Assembly: GCA_963724265.1 (NCBI GenBank)
Contig: CAVRTU010000006.1
Coordinates: 24,152-88,151, forward strand
DNA length: 64,000 nt
Direction: 5' to 3'
Origin: an uncultured Gemmatimonadales bacterium
GTDB lineage: Bacteria; Gemmatimonadota; Gemmatimonadetes; Gemmatimonadales; GWC2-71-9
Positions within the stretch are counted from its first letter, which is position 1; the number at the start of each line of letters is the position of its first letter. The position numbers and the translations under genes are program-made. The notes below the pieces were generated by a model. That model did no database searches. It saw only the letters and a list, made by a program, of their open reading frames with translations, and was not told the DNA's origin. This document shows, piece by piece, positions 48,275 to 57,794 of the stretch.

Positions 48275-49171
48275 GTGACTCGAATCGATCGCCAGATGGC
48301 GCATCCTCGCCACCGCGATCTCTGTTTTCCACCGGCGGCGCCGGGATCAAGCTGGCCCACTTCACCCCGTGGCAGGTGGCCGGGCTTCCGGTCGGGGATC
48401 GCGGCGATCGCGGTGCTCTTCCTGGTGCCCGCGGCACGGCGGATCGAGAGTAAGGCGACGCTGGGCAAGGCGTCGATGGTGGGGGTGGCGTACGGGGCGA
48501 CGCTGATCCTCTTCGTCCTCTCCACCCGGTTCACCACCGCCGCCAACGCGATCTACCTCCAGGCCGTGGCCCCGATCTACATTCTCCTCCTCGGCCACTG
48601 GCTGCTGCACGAGCGGATCGTCGGCCGAGACTTGGGCTTCGTGGCTGGTGATGGGGCTGGGGATGGCCTGCTTCTTCGTCGGGGCGCCCGGTGGCCACCG
48701 CCACCGCTCCCGCACCCGGCGCTGGGCAACATCCTGGGCGCCGTCTCCGGGATCACCTTCGCCTTCCTGATCGTGGGGCTGCGGTCGATCGGGAAGGGAG
48801 GCGGGGTCGGGGCCATGGCGGTGGTGATCGGCAACATCTTCGCCTTCCTGGCGGCGCTGCCGATGGCGCTGCCGCTGGGCTCACACCCCTTCACCGACTG
48901 GATCGTGCTGCTCTACCTCGGCGTCTTCCAGATCGCGCTCTCCTACTCGCTCCTGGCGGGGGCGATCACCCACGTGCCGGCGTTCGAGGCCTCGCTCCTC
49001 CTGCTGCTCGAGCCGGTGCTCAACCCGGTCTGGGCCTGGCTGATGCTGGGGGAGCGGCCCAGCGGCGCTGGCGGGGTGGGGGCGGCGCTGATCCTGGGGG
49101 CGATGCTGGTCCGCTCCTGGTGGGACCGGAGCGACACCGGTGCCGCCCCGGAGGAGATCGTGGCCGGATGA
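48275..49171 (+). CDS. DMT/EamA-family transporter (frameshifts)
   Basis: FSTGGAGIK, TTAANAIYLQ, LLGHWLLHER, LLEPVLNPVWAWLMLGE. Confidence 0.85.
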   Translation: MTRIDRQMAHPRHRDLCFPPAAPGSSWPTSPRGRWPGFRSGIAAIAVLFLVPAARRIESKATLGKASMVGVAYGATLILFVLSTRFTTAANAIYLQAVAPIYILLLGHWLLHERIVGRDLGFVAGDGAGDGLLLRRGARWPPPPLPHPALGNILGAVSGITFAFLIVGLRSIGKGGGVGAMAVVIGNIFAFLAALPMALPLGSHPFTDWIVLLYLGVFQIALSYSLLAGAITHVPAFEASLLLLLEPVLNPVWAWLMLGERPSGAGGVGAALILGAMLVRSWWDRSDTGAAPEEIVAG

Positions 49172-49836
49172 CGGCACTCATCGAGACGGTGCGCGTAAGG
49201 GGGGGCCGAGCCCCGCTCTGGGAGCTGCACCAGGCCCGGATGGCGAAGAGCTGCCTGGAGCTCGGCGTCCCCAGGCCCATAATGGAGCCTCCGCCGGAGG
49301 GGCCGGACCGGGTGGTGCAGTACCTCGTGGTGATCGGGGAGCAGCGCGCGGAGCCCGAGGAGCCGGCCGGGATCAAGGAAAGGCCGGTGGGGAGCACGGC
49401 GCCGGTCCGGCTCATCGTCTCCGGGGAGGTCCATTTTCCCTACCCCCACAAGACCACGGAGCGGGGACAGTTTGATCGGGCGTTGGAGGAGGCCAGGGCC
49501 CTAAAGGACTCCCTGTCGGTCGCGGACGACGCGGTACTGCTGACGGCCACCGGTCATGTGGCGGAGTGCGCCATCTGGACCCTGTTCTGGTGGGAGGGGG
49601 AGAAGGTGGCGACGCCGTCGCTCGAGCTGGGGGTGCTGCCCGGGGTGGCGCGGGCAAGGCTGGGCCGGCTCCTGGGTGGCTTGCGGGAGCGGAGGGTCGG
49701 GGTGGATGAACTGAAGAGGCAGAGCCTTTTCCTGGCCAACGCCGCCCGCGGGGTGGTGCAAGTGGCGTCGCTGGATGGAGATCCGGTGCCACTGGACCCC
49801 CGGACGGTGAGGCTCCAGGAGTCGTTTTGGCCTTGA
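49168..49836 (+). CDS. Class IV aminotransferase / ADC-lyase-like protein
   Basis: LIETVRV, HQARM, HKTT, VAECAIWTLF, GVLPGVAR, FLANAARG. Confidence 0.8.
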   Translation: MTALIETVRVRGGRAPLWELHQARMAKSCLELGVPRPIMEPPPEGPDRVVQYLVVIGEQRAEPEEPAGIKERPVGSTAPVRLIVSGEVHFPYPHKTTERGQFDRALEEARALKDSLSVADDAVLLTATGHVAECAIWTLFWWEGEKVATPSLELGVLPGVARARLGRLLGGLRERRVGVDELKRQSLFLANAARGVVQVASLDGDPVPLDPRTVRLQESFWP

Positions 49837-49895
49837 CCGGGGGGTCATTTCCCGATAGTTTCTCGCGCCTCCGGACGGCTCGGAGAAGGCACCGT

Positions 49896-49970
49896 GGTGG
49901 TTGTAGCTCAATCGGTTAGAGCGCCGGTCTGTGGCACCGGAGGTTGCGGGTTCAAGTCCCGTCAGCCACC
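49896..49970 (+). tRNA. tRNA-His(GTG)
   Basis: GGTGGTTGTAGCTCAATCGGTTAGAGCGCCGGTCT-GTG-GCACCGG...GTTCAAGTCCCGTCAGCCACC. Confidence 0.95.
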
Positions 49971-49981
49971 CCTTCTGGTCT

Positions 49982-50054
49982 AGGTCCGTAGCTCAATTGG
50001 TAGAGCACCGGTCTCCAAAACCGGGGGTTGCAGGTTCGATTCCTGCCGGGCCTG
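49982..50054 (+). tRNA. tRNA-Trp(CCA)
   Basis: AGGTCCGTAGCTCAATTGGTAGAGCACCGGTCT-CCA-AAACCGG...GTTCGATTCCTGCCGGGCCTG. Confidence 0.95.
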
Positions 50055-50060
50055 TAATGG

Positions 50061-50172
50061 GAGTCGTGAGTCGTGAGTCGTGAGTCGTGAGTTGCGTCTG
50101 GACGATCGAAGGTATGCCGTCGTGATCGTGAGCCCTGCGACTTCGACGACTCACGACTCAAGACTCACGACT
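50061..50172. repeat. (GAGTCGT)n / (ACGACTC)n heptamer hairpin in tRNA spacer
   Basis: gagtcgt x4 ... acgactcacgactcaagactcacgact; second copy at 50259-50339. Confidence 0.85.
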
Positions 50173-50179
50173 GTCCTAC

Positions 50180-50252
50180 GGCGCTATCGTCTAGGGGACT
50201 AGGACGGGGCCCTCTCAAGGCCCAAACACGGGTTCGAATCCCGTTAGCGCTA
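50180..50252 (+). tRNA. tRNA-Glu(CTC)
   Basis: GGCGCTATCGTCTAGGGGACTAGGACGGGGCCCT-CTC-AAGGCCC...GTTCGAATCCCGTTAGCGCTA. Confidence 0.93.
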
Positions 50253-50346
50253 TGATGGGAGTCATTAGTCGCGAGTCGTGAGTCGTGAGCTCCTGCAGTT
50301 GCGCTTTGCTCACGACTCACGACCTCACGACTCAAGACTGTAGTTT

Positions 50347-50418
50347 GGCCCCATCGTCTATCGGTCAGGACGCGACCCTTTCAAGGTCGAAAGACGGGTT
50401 CGATTCCCGTTGGGGCTA
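50347..50418 (+). tRNA. tRNA-Glu(TTC)
   Basis: GGCCCCATCGTCTATCGGTCAGGACGCGACCCT-TTC-AAGGTCG...GTTCGATTCCCGTTGGGGCTA. Confidence 0.93.
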
Positions 50419-50426
50419 TACACCAC

Positions 50427-50499
50427 GCGCCGCTAGCTCAATTGGCAGAGCAAGTGACTCTTAATCACTAGGTTGTAGGTTCGATTCCTACGCGGCGCA
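50427..50499 (+). tRNA. tRNA-Lys(CTT)
   Basis: GCGCCGCTAGCTCAATTGGCAGAGCAAGTGACT-CTT-AATCACT...GTTCGATTCCTACGCGGCGCA. Confidence 0.95.
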
Positions 50500-50502
50500 C
50501 TG

Positions 50503-50532
50503 AGAGGCCCTCCCGAACGGGGGGCTTTCTTG
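50503..50532 (+). terminator. Rho-independent terminator of the tRNA operon
   Basis: agaggccctccc-gaac-ggggggctttctt. Confidence 0.7.
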
Positions 50533-50694
50533 TTGTCGACCGGCCGCGGTGGGCCCCTACCAATGCTGGTAGTAGCGAGGTGGATCGATTCGGCGCATCT
50601 TGGCAACTCGATCGATGGCGCCATGACAGCGGAAACGGCCGTGGCCATCGACGGCCCGGCTTGGGGCCTCAACCTCAAACAAGCTGATGTGACT

Positions 50695-51738
50695 ATGGCC
50701 AGAAGACGCAAAACACCCGTACCTGACCCGGCGGGAGCGACGGATACGGAGGCTAGCCCAGCTACCGAGTCGGCTGATGGCAGCGCGGTGCAAGCCCATG
50801 TGACCGCGCCGACAACCCAGCAGCCTGCAGCGCCCTCGACTCCCTGGATTCAGCTTATTGAGCTAAGCGGGACCAATCCGAGCGACGAGCAGCTAAAGTC
50901 AATCGTGCATGAACAGATCGCGTACGATCTCAGTAATGATCCAATCTCAGCCAAATACAACGTGCTTTTCCTGTTTGACTCGGTCGCGATTGCTCGCTCA
51001 GACACCGATCAACTCTACAGAGCATTAAGCAAGACACCACGCGATAAACCCCTCCTGCTCATTATTAACTCCGATGGCGGCGATGTAGCTGCTGCCTACT
51101 TTATAGCGAAAATCTGCCGAGAGTTCACGGACGTCAGCTTTGAGGTTGCAGTCCCTAGGCGAGCCAAATCAGCGGCGACACTTATTTGTTGCGGCGCCGA
51201 GCACATCTATATGGGTAGCCTCAGTGAGCTAGGCCCCATCGATCCGCAATTCGAAGGCGGAGTTCCGGCGTTGGCACTTAAGAACTCTATCGAACACCTT
51301 GCCGAACTAACCAAACGACACCCACAAGCGGCCGATCTCTTCGCATCTTATTTGTCAAAAACACTCCGCATTGAGGCACTAGGATACTACGAGCGAGTTG
51401 CGGAGTCCGCTGCACAATACGCGGAACGTCTGCTAAGAGGCCGCAAGTCACCGGTACTCACAGAGGATAGAATCAAGGCGATTGCAGAGCGACTAGTCTA
51501 CATGTACAAGGATCACGGGTTTGCGATTGATGCTGGTGAAGCAAGAGCCATTTTCGGTGAAGGGGTTGTCTTGACCAACACTCCCGAGTATTCGCTCAGC
51601 AACCGCCTTTACTTGTCGTTGGATATCATGCAACGGGTTCTTCGAGATCTCCACCAACTAGGTTTTGCCTTTACAGGGACCGCGGCTGCAGGCTGCCAAT
51701 TACGAAAACGCCCTCGTGTCGAATCGTCGACGACATAG
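50695..51738 (+). CDS. ClpP/SDH-fold serine protease
   Basis: IINSDGG, VPRRAKSAATLICCGA, MGSLSELGPIDPQ, YKDHG. Confidence 0.85.
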   Translation: MARRRKTPVPDPAGATDTEASPATESADGSAVQAHVTAPTTQQPAAPSTPWIQLIELSGTNPSDEQLKSIVHEQIAYDLSNDPISAKYNVLFLFDSVAIARSDTDQLYRALSKTPRDKPLLLIINSDGGDVAAAYFIAKICREFTDVSFEVAVPRRAKSAATLICCGAEHIYMGSLSELGPIDPQFEGGVPALALKNSIEHLAELTKRHPQAADLFASYLSKTLRIEALGYYERVAESAAQYAERLLRGRKSPVLTEDRIKAIAERLVYMYKDHGFAIDAGEARAIFGEGVVLTNTPEYSLSNRLYLSLDIMQRVLRDLHQLGFAFTGTAAAGCQLRKRPRVESSTT

Positions 51739-51939
51739 CCCATAAATGCGGCGGCTGACGGCGGCCTACCGGTAGCAGTCACTGTCCCGGAGGGGGAGTC
51801 CGAGTCGCTGATTCGGGAGGGCGACCCAGGGAGCTGCTAGGGCGGGAGATTGTTGGGGCTAATCGGTACTAGCTCCTGGCCGAGCCTCGTCCTAGTTATG
51901 ATTCAAGATGATTAAGGACCTCCCGCCCTGTTTGGGTCA

Positions 51940-53160
51940 ATGACTCCTCCCCCGGCAGGCATCACGGACGCGGCGCTCGACGTCGCGCTTGATCCAGAGC
52001 GCCGGGCGTCATTGCGACGAGCCGCAATCGATGATTCGCCGGTGGCAGGGAGCACGCACTCCTTCTACCGATATCCGGCACGATTCTCACCGGGTTTCGT
52101 GGCGTCGGCAATCGAGGCGTATTCCAAGCCGGGCGATTTGGTTCTGGATCCATTCATGGGCGGCGGGACTACACTGATCGAAGCTGCTCAACTCGGCAGA
52201 AGTGCGATTGGAAACGACATCAATGCACTCGCGGTCTTTATTGCGCGAGTGAAGACAACCCGGCTGACCAATTCGCAAATTGCCGCGCTGACCGATTGGG
52301 CGAACTTTGTCGTCCCATCATTGCGCTACCAGAGCGAACTCGCCGATAGGTCAATGGTGCTCTGTTCGAAACGGACCAGGAACCTCACACTTCCACACGC
52401 CAGACCAATAAAGAAGATTACTGCACTCGCCCTTACGACACTTGAAGAACTACCGGACGGGGCCACTCGCCGCTTTGCACGATGCGCCTTGCTAAATGTT
52501 GGGCAATGGGCACTCAATGGAAGGAGAAGGCCGGTCACTTGCGCATCATTTCGCGCGGCACTTCAAGACTGCGTGCATAGGATGCTTGCGGGAATTGAGG
52601 AATACGCTCTAAGGGTGGCAGCTGCCGGTGGGCGGGCTCCGTCGATCTGCATGGGCTCGGCAACCGAAATCGCCGGGGCGGTCCCCTTTCGGTCGGGAGC
52701 CAAGGCGGACTTGGTGGTCATGAGCCCTCCATACCCAGGAATTCACATATTGTACCACAGGTGGCAGGTCGATGGCCGCAAGGAATCCCCTGCCCCGTAC
52801 TGGATCAGCGGGACGATGGACGGAAAGGGGGGCGCCCACTACAATCTCGGCGACAGAAAAAAGGCCGACGCGAACGACTACTTTGAAATGCTGGAAGTGG
52901 CCATGCGAGCAATCCGCACGGTGACAAAAGACGGTGCGAAGGTGATTCAGATGGTGGCATTCGGGCGCCCGGCACGCGACCTACCAAGGTACCTTACTGC
53001 CATGCTCGCAGCGGGGTTTGGTGAGCTTCATGGAACGTCCACTTCAGGCACACAAGGAAGGCGGCTTTGGAGAAGTGTTCCGGGCCGCGCGTGGCACGCA
53101 ACATCGAAGGGGGACCTCCCTGCCAGCAGGGAGGTCGTGTTGATTCATAAGGCCATCTAA
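51940..53160 (+). CDS. DNA methyltransferase, probably N4-cytosine, with FxGxG before SPPY
   Basis: THSFYRYPARF, VLDPFMGGGTT, GNDIN, SPPY. Confidence 0.85.
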   Translation: MTPPPAGITDAALDVALDPERRASLRRAAIDDSPVAGSTHSFYRYPARFSPGFVASAIEAYSKPGDLVLDPFMGGGTTLIEAAQLGRSAIGNDINALAVFIARVKTTRLTNSQIAALTDWANFVVPSLRYQSELADRSMVLCSKRTRNLTLPHARPIKKITALALTTLEELPDGATRRFARCALLNVGQWALNGRRRPVTCASFRAALQDCVHRMLAGIEEYALRVAAAGGRAPSICMGSATEIAGAVPFRSGAKADLVVMSPPYPGIHILYHRWQVDGRKESPAPYWISGTMDGKGGAHYNLGDRKKADANDYFEMLEVAMRAIRTVTKDGAKVIQMVAFGRPARDLPRYLTAMLAAGFGELHGTSTSGTQGRRLWRSVPGRAWHATSKGDLPASREVVLIHKAI

Positions 53161-53170
53161 TGCGGACATG

Positions 53171-55750
53171 TTACTCCGCATCTCCTAGTTGTGCGAGACC
53201 ACTGATCTGATCATCGCTGAGTGACCCAAGGCTGTCGATCATAGGTACTAGAAACGGACTGAGCGACATCGATACTGATCTGATCATCTGCACAACGGAT
53301 GGTCCTTCCTCGCCCGCGGAGCCGTCGCCCTGGGACACCTCCGCCCGCTGGACCTTGAAATCGTGGAGGAGTGCAAGCCCAACAAGCACGTTGCCATAGA
53401 CGAATCGCGCCTTCACCAACCGCACTTCATCAGCCTTCCCCTTCATCTCTGTTCGCACAAAGATGTTGTCGACATTTACATAAAATGTGAATGCCCGTTG
53501 ATCTGGCCTGTCTGGATCACCGTCCTCGACGACATGGCACGCATCCTTGTCGGTAAACTTGTATGCTCTCCAGTTGACATCTCCCTCCCGCACCTCGACA
53601 ATGGTAGGCATCTGCAGCCCACCGGGAGCAAGCTGTCCTTTCTCATCCGGGGTCCCTGCTCCGGCCGCGGAGCCGCCGCCAGAGGCTTGTCCTCGACCTT
53701 TGGGCTTCTCGTGCCCTCCAGCGCCTCCCTCATGCGTGCTCTGACTCGTGATTTGGATCTTCGCGATATTGACCAACGGATCAATCAGCGACCCGTCCGT
53801 GACTGTACAAGCGAGGGTCAACACGTCACCAGGTGCGACGGCTTCGGATGGAATGCTAATGCTCCAGTTCGCTACCCCCCCGTGGAGGGCGAGACTGTGA
53901 TCGACCTCACTTCCTTCGAGTGGCCCCTCAAGAATCTCAACGTGGTATTGACCACGGAGTTGATCACGTGAGAAGTAGTCATTGACAACATCCGTATCGA
54001 ACTTGATTCGGCAGCGGCGGCCCAACTCCGCGTTCCGCTCCAACGTGATGCCCTCCTGCCTTCCGTGGAAGCGAAAGTACGTCGGGTGCGGGCGCCCAGT
54101 GAACTCACTATCGCCTGCGTCCGGTCCACCGCCGATTTCCCCGGTGCCGCCGGTCTGCCTGTGTGGCTTGGAAAGTCGTTGGCCAAGGAGAAACAGTCGG
54201 GAGAGGCTCGGTGAGTCCTTGAGAATTGAGCCAAGTACTTCCTCGAGGGGCTTTGATTCGGCGAGCTTCTTGTCGACTTCCTCACTTCGCCGGCGATCTT
54301 GTAGTGCGCGCAGGCCGGGGTGATGACCAATGGCCTCCTCAAGCTCCTCCTCGATCGCCTTTCGCAACTCGATACTGCTTAACCGGTCGCGACTATTCAT
54401 GAAGAGATCCTCTCGCGAGCCGACCGATACGGCGCTGCAATCAACGACAATTAGAAGGGACCTGGCGATGCGCTGCATCCGGACTGTGCGGCGCTCGAAG
54501 AAGGTGCGGGGCAGCGTGCCATGTGTTTGCCCGTTCACCGTAAAGATGATGCCGTCGTTCGGGGCGTACGACGTTGCCCGATCGTCCCTGAATGCGAATA
54601 TCTGCGCAACCATTTCTTCGCCGCGCACCTTGACTTGAATGGAGGTCGGATAGCCCTCTTCCAGATTGCCTGCGCGATCCTCCTCCAAACGCGCCAGCAG
54701 GCCGACCAGTGTGGTCTCGAAACTACGTGCTTCGTCGCCTCTGTACTCCCGGCATTCATGAACCCGGACCGGAAGTGCGATACCTGGCAAGAGCAACTCT
54801 AAACGTGCCAGCAGCCCACCCTTCATCAACGCATGGCTCTTGAAGCCTTTCATGTCGTATTCATACAACTTGATTACGGAGCCGTAGCGCATCTCTGCTC
54901 CATATGGCTTGTTTCGCTCTGGCATCGACCTAAGCGCTTCAGATGAGAACACAAGAAGCGCCCCATTGTTCGGCGCAGCGTCCGCGCCGATGGGGGCGAG
55001 AAAGCGATAAACCGAATTCCGCACAGCCCCTGTTGCTGCACCAGGGCGCTCGCGGCGAACAACCGTAACGCTCCACTTGCCCTGATCTGGATGGTGTTCC
55101 CCGTTCTTGGCGGTGACGGTCGGATCGCGCCGGGAGATGATCAACTGCAAGTTTTCCGTTCCGCAGAATTTGAGAACACCGGTACCACCCATGTTAAACT
55201 TGCCTTGGACGAACGGAATGCGAAGCTTGTTCTGTCGATTGATCGACAGGAAAGTCTCCGGGACGCGGGTCGGCGCCTGCCCCTCACCAAGATCGGCGAT
55301 GGTAATACTCGCGTTTCCTGACCTTGCCTTGGCCCCTGTAATTGCGATGGTAATGAATCGAGACTGGCTGAGCTGCCGATCTTGCGGCCAGTCCTTCAGA
55401 TGGCCGCCAAATCCTCTGGCCTTGCGTCCCTCTTCGAAGAACTCCGCGACCGCGTCGGTGATACTTTGCGGGGCCTGCGCCGAAGTTGGGTCGATCCCTC
55501 TACGGAAGCACTCGTCCATCAGTCGAGAATCGACGCAGTTGACCACCTTCTCAACAAGAGCGGCCTCGGGTCGGCTTTGTTGGTTCCCGATGGTTGAAAA
55601 GTTCGATTCGATGTCCCCGTAAAGCCGCCATGCCGCGTCGCTATCCCACAGCTTTGCCTTCTTGAGAATGTCAACCACTTCATTCTCGGTGTCCGCGTGG
55701 AGCAAGGCCAGCGCTAGTGCTCGGACTGATTCGTTCGTCAATTGTGACAT
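53171..55750 (-). CDS. Large GHKL (MORC/Hsp90-like) ATPase
   Basis: Bergerat motifs EKVVNCVD, ADLGEGQ, GKFNMGGTG, YGSVIKL; long uncharacterised C-terminus. Confidence 0.72.
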   Translation of the reverse strand: MSQLTNESVRALALALLHADTENEVVDILKKAKLWDSDAAWRLYGDIESNFSTIGNQQSRPEAALVEKVVNCVDSRLMDECFRRGIDPTSAQAPQSITDAVAEFFEEGRKARGFGGHLKDWPQDRQLSQSRFITIAITGAKARSGNASITIADLGEGQAPTRVPETFLSINRQNKLRIPFVQGKFNMGGTGVLKFCGTENLQLIISRRDPTVTAKNGEHHPDQGKWSVTVVRRERPGAATGAVRNSVYRFLAPIGADAAPNNGALLVFSSEALRSMPERNKPYGAEMRYGSVIKLYEYDMKGFKSHALMKGGLLARLELLLPGIALPVRVHECREYRGDEARSFETTLVGLLARLEEDRAGNLEEGYPTSIQVKVRGEEMVAQIFAFRDDRATSYAPNDGIIFTVNGQTHGTLPRTFFERRTVRMQRIARSLLIVVDCSAVSVGSREDLFMNSRDRLSSIELRKAIEEELEEAIGHHPGLRALQDRRRSEEVDKKLAESKPLEEVLGSILKDSPSLSRLFLLGQRLSKPHRQTGGTGEIGGGPDAGDSEFTGRPHPTYFRFHGRQEGITLERNAELGRRCRIKFDTDVVNDYFSRDQLRGQYHVEILEGPLEGSEVDHSLALHGGVANWSISIPSEAVAPGDVLTLACTVTDGSLIDPLVNIAKIQITSQSTHEGGAGGHEKPKGRGQASGGGSAAGAGTPDEKGQLAPGGLQMPTIVEVREGDVNWRAYKFTDKDACHVVEDGDPDRPDQRAFTFYVNVDNIFVRTEMKGKADEVRLVKARFVYGNVLVGLALLHDFKVQRAEVSQGDGSAGEEGPSVVQMIRSVSMSLSPFLVPMIDSLGSLSDDQISGLAQLGDAE

Positions 55751-55751
55751 A

Positions 55752-56411
55752 TCAGACGTTCGCCTCGTACCTCGGTAGGCTGCTCCATGTTGCGTCGATG
55801 ATCTCAGGCGCAAGCTGAGCGGCGTTGACTGCGTACCCATCCTTGCCGGTCCGTTCAACAACCCCAAGTTGTCGCAGCCAGGCAACGACGAGATATACCT
55901 GATAAGACGGTACCTCCTGTTCTTCTGCATCCGCGACAGGAAGTAGAGCGTTCATCGTGATTGTCGGTGCGCGCTTGCCTCGCTTAGCTAGCGCACCGCA
56001 TACTGCGACGACCGCCGAGCGTGGGGCTTTGTGTTCATATTCTCGATCGTCCTTCTTGGACCAACCGATCTTCACTAGCCGATCTCCTTCCCGCTCAAAG
56101 CGCGGATAGGTGGATGCGAGCTGTGAACGGAGTTTGCCGCGCGCGCCCGACTGAGCTTCCGGTGTGGCGGGTCGCGGGGCAGCACCAAGTTGTGGCCAGG
56201 CACGACCTGTTCCCCTGAGCGAATCACCGTTGTCAACGTCCGCTGCTGTCCGTCGCCGAACACTCGCGACCCCGTCGGCGAGTTCGGCTAGCACCGCCAC
56301 CATTGCATAGCGATTTTGCTCAAGGCACTGCTGAATGAGCTTTCGTATCCCCGCCTCAGCCGTACCCAACAGTGCCTCTGCACGAGCCACTTCATCTAGG
56401 CCGTCCGACAT
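55752..56411 (-). CDS. Hypothetical protein, possible winged-helix DNA-binding regulator
   Basis: GGAGG RBS; C-terminal SYQVYLVVAWLRQLGVVERTGKDGY resembles a wHTH. Confidence 0.6.
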   Translation of the reverse strand: MSDGLDEVARAEALLGTAEAGIRKLIQQCLEQNRYAMVAVLAELADGVASVRRRTAADVDNGDSLRGTGRAWPQLGAAPRPATPEAQSGARGKLRSQLASTYPRFEREGDRLVKIGWSKKDDREYEHKAPRSAVVAVCGALAKRGKRAPTITMNALLPVADAEEQEVPSYQVYLVVAWLRQLGVVERTGKDGYAVNAAQLAPEIIDATWSSLPRYEANV

Positions 56412-56439
56412 TTCATCCTCCGGTATGACTACATGGAAT

Positions 56440-56468
56440 AGCATAGCGATACATGTATGTATTGTCAA
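56440..56468 (-). promoter_or_regulatory. Near-consensus sigma70 promoter with a palindrome in the spacer
   Basis: Minus strand TTGACA-17bp-TATGCT; ATACATGTAT palindrome at 56449-56458. Confidence 0.7.
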
Positions 56469-56711
56469 TTCCTAGTATATCTACTTGTAATAACTGGTTT
56501 AACCATGTAATGGCACTTGCCTACGGGCATGCGCATCCTGCCATCCATGTAAGTCGTAATGCCGCAACAGCTTATGCCATCGTGAGCTCTCCTGCCAGGT
56601 ACGCACCAGGCGGTAGGCTACCTCGGGCGAAGGAAGGGCCAAGGTAGAGCGCCCAATTTGTTGAGTTCCAGATCGTCGCGAGGCTTCGGGAGGGAGAGTG
56701 CGGGGTCCCAG

Positions 56712-57252
56712 CCGCCGGACCTTCTCGGCCGCCGAGATGCTGATCGACGCCCTGGAGAACTGGAGCAACCCGATCTTCGTGGGCGAGCCGGCCGCCTCCC
56801 GCGGCAACATCTACGGCGATTCGAAGAAGCTGGTGCTGCCCAACAGCAAGGTCACCCTTCGGGTGTCGACCCTCTACTGGCAGTTCTGGGATCCGCGCGA
56901 CACCCGGCCCTGGATCGCTCCGCAGATTGCGGCACCGCTCACCGTCGAGGCCTACGCCGCCGGGCGGGATCCGGCGCTCGAGGCCATCGCGCACTACGTC
57001 CCGCAGCCGCCGCTGACGGAGCGCCTCAAGCCGCTGCTCGTCGCCGGCGACAGCGCCGGCGCCTGGCAGGCGGTCGAGGCCTTCCGGGCCGATCCGGTCA
57101 ACGCCTGGCAGGTGCCCGCGGATTCGCTGGATGCAGTCGATCAGACCCTCCAGGCCGAGGGGAACAAGGATGCGGCGGCGCTGGGGGAGCGGCTGCGGGC
57201 GCGGCTCGCCACCGAGGCCCCTTCCGCCGGAGGTGGCCCGACCGCACATTGA
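56712..57252 (+). pseudogene. C-terminal remnant of an S41/ClpP-like peptidase
   Basis: RRTFSAAE...IFVGEP...YGD...LPNS...PWIAP...DPALE; begins just before the catalytic Ser, with no N-terminus or RBS. Confidence 0.65.
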
Positions 57253-57269
57253 CGGCGTCGTGATGCCCG

Positions 57270-57302
57270 CTCTCGACTCTCGACTCTGGACTCTCGACTC
57301 TC
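57270..57302 (+). repeat. (CTCTCGA)n heptamer tandem repeat
   Basis: ctctcgactctcgactctggactctcgactctc. Confidence 0.8.
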
Positions 57303-57322
57303 AACCCCGGAGCCCTGCCACC

Positions 57323-57793
57323 ATGCTCTCCCTCATCGCGTATCCCCTGGCGCTGGCTGTCGCAGCCGGTCCGTGTGACCTGGTGGACAAGGCGGCAGCC
57401 ACTCAGCTCCTCGGCGCCCCGGTCACCACCGTGAGCCCGTCGGGTCCCGAACCGGATGAGGACACCGGTGCCACCCGGAATGCCTGTGTCTACCAGGCGG
57501 GGGACCGGATGCTGGTGCTCGTGCGCCTCGACTTCCCGACCGCCACCGCCGCCCGCGATGCGGCCAGCGAGCAGCTGCAGAGCGACGACCTCACCGAAGA
57601 GGGGACCACCATCAAGGAGGAATCCGGCCTCGGCGACAAGGCCTGGCTGGCCCATACCCGGCACGGCCTCCAGTACATCGTGCTCAAGGGCCCCACCGTA
57701 CTCTCGCTGGCCATCGGAGGGATGCCCAAGGAGCTCTCGACATACGAGTCGCAGCTGCGGTCCGCCACTGCTGCCGCTGCGAAGAAGCTCTGA
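57323..57793 (+). CDS. Hypothetical secreted protein
   Basis: Signal peptide; PCDLV...LLG...CVY...GLGDKAW pattern. Confidence 0.6.
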   Translation: MLSLIAYPLALAVAAGPCDLVDKAAATQLLGAPVTTVSPSGPEPDEDTGATRNACVYQAGDRMLVLVRLDFPTATAARDAASEQLQSDDLTEEGTTIKEESGLGDKAWLAHTRHGLQYIVLKGPTVLSLAIGGMPKELSTYESQLRSATAAAAKKL

Positions 57794-57794
57794 G

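Larger units (their letters stand above)
50540..56700. mobile_element. Lower-GC genomic island downstream of tRNA-Lys (no integrase seen)
   Basis: Visible shift to AT-richer codon usage; defence-type genes; right end abuts a 5'-truncated host-like gene. Confidence 0.6.

Noticed and set aside
50061-50339. Repeats between tRNAs as a CRISPR array
   Set aside because: They are 7-bp tandem units in inverted orientation with no repeat-spacer periodicity and no cas genes
56515-56540. cctacgggcatgcgca as attR copy of the tRNA-Lys 3' end
   Set aside because: The match to cctacgcggcgca is too short and gapped
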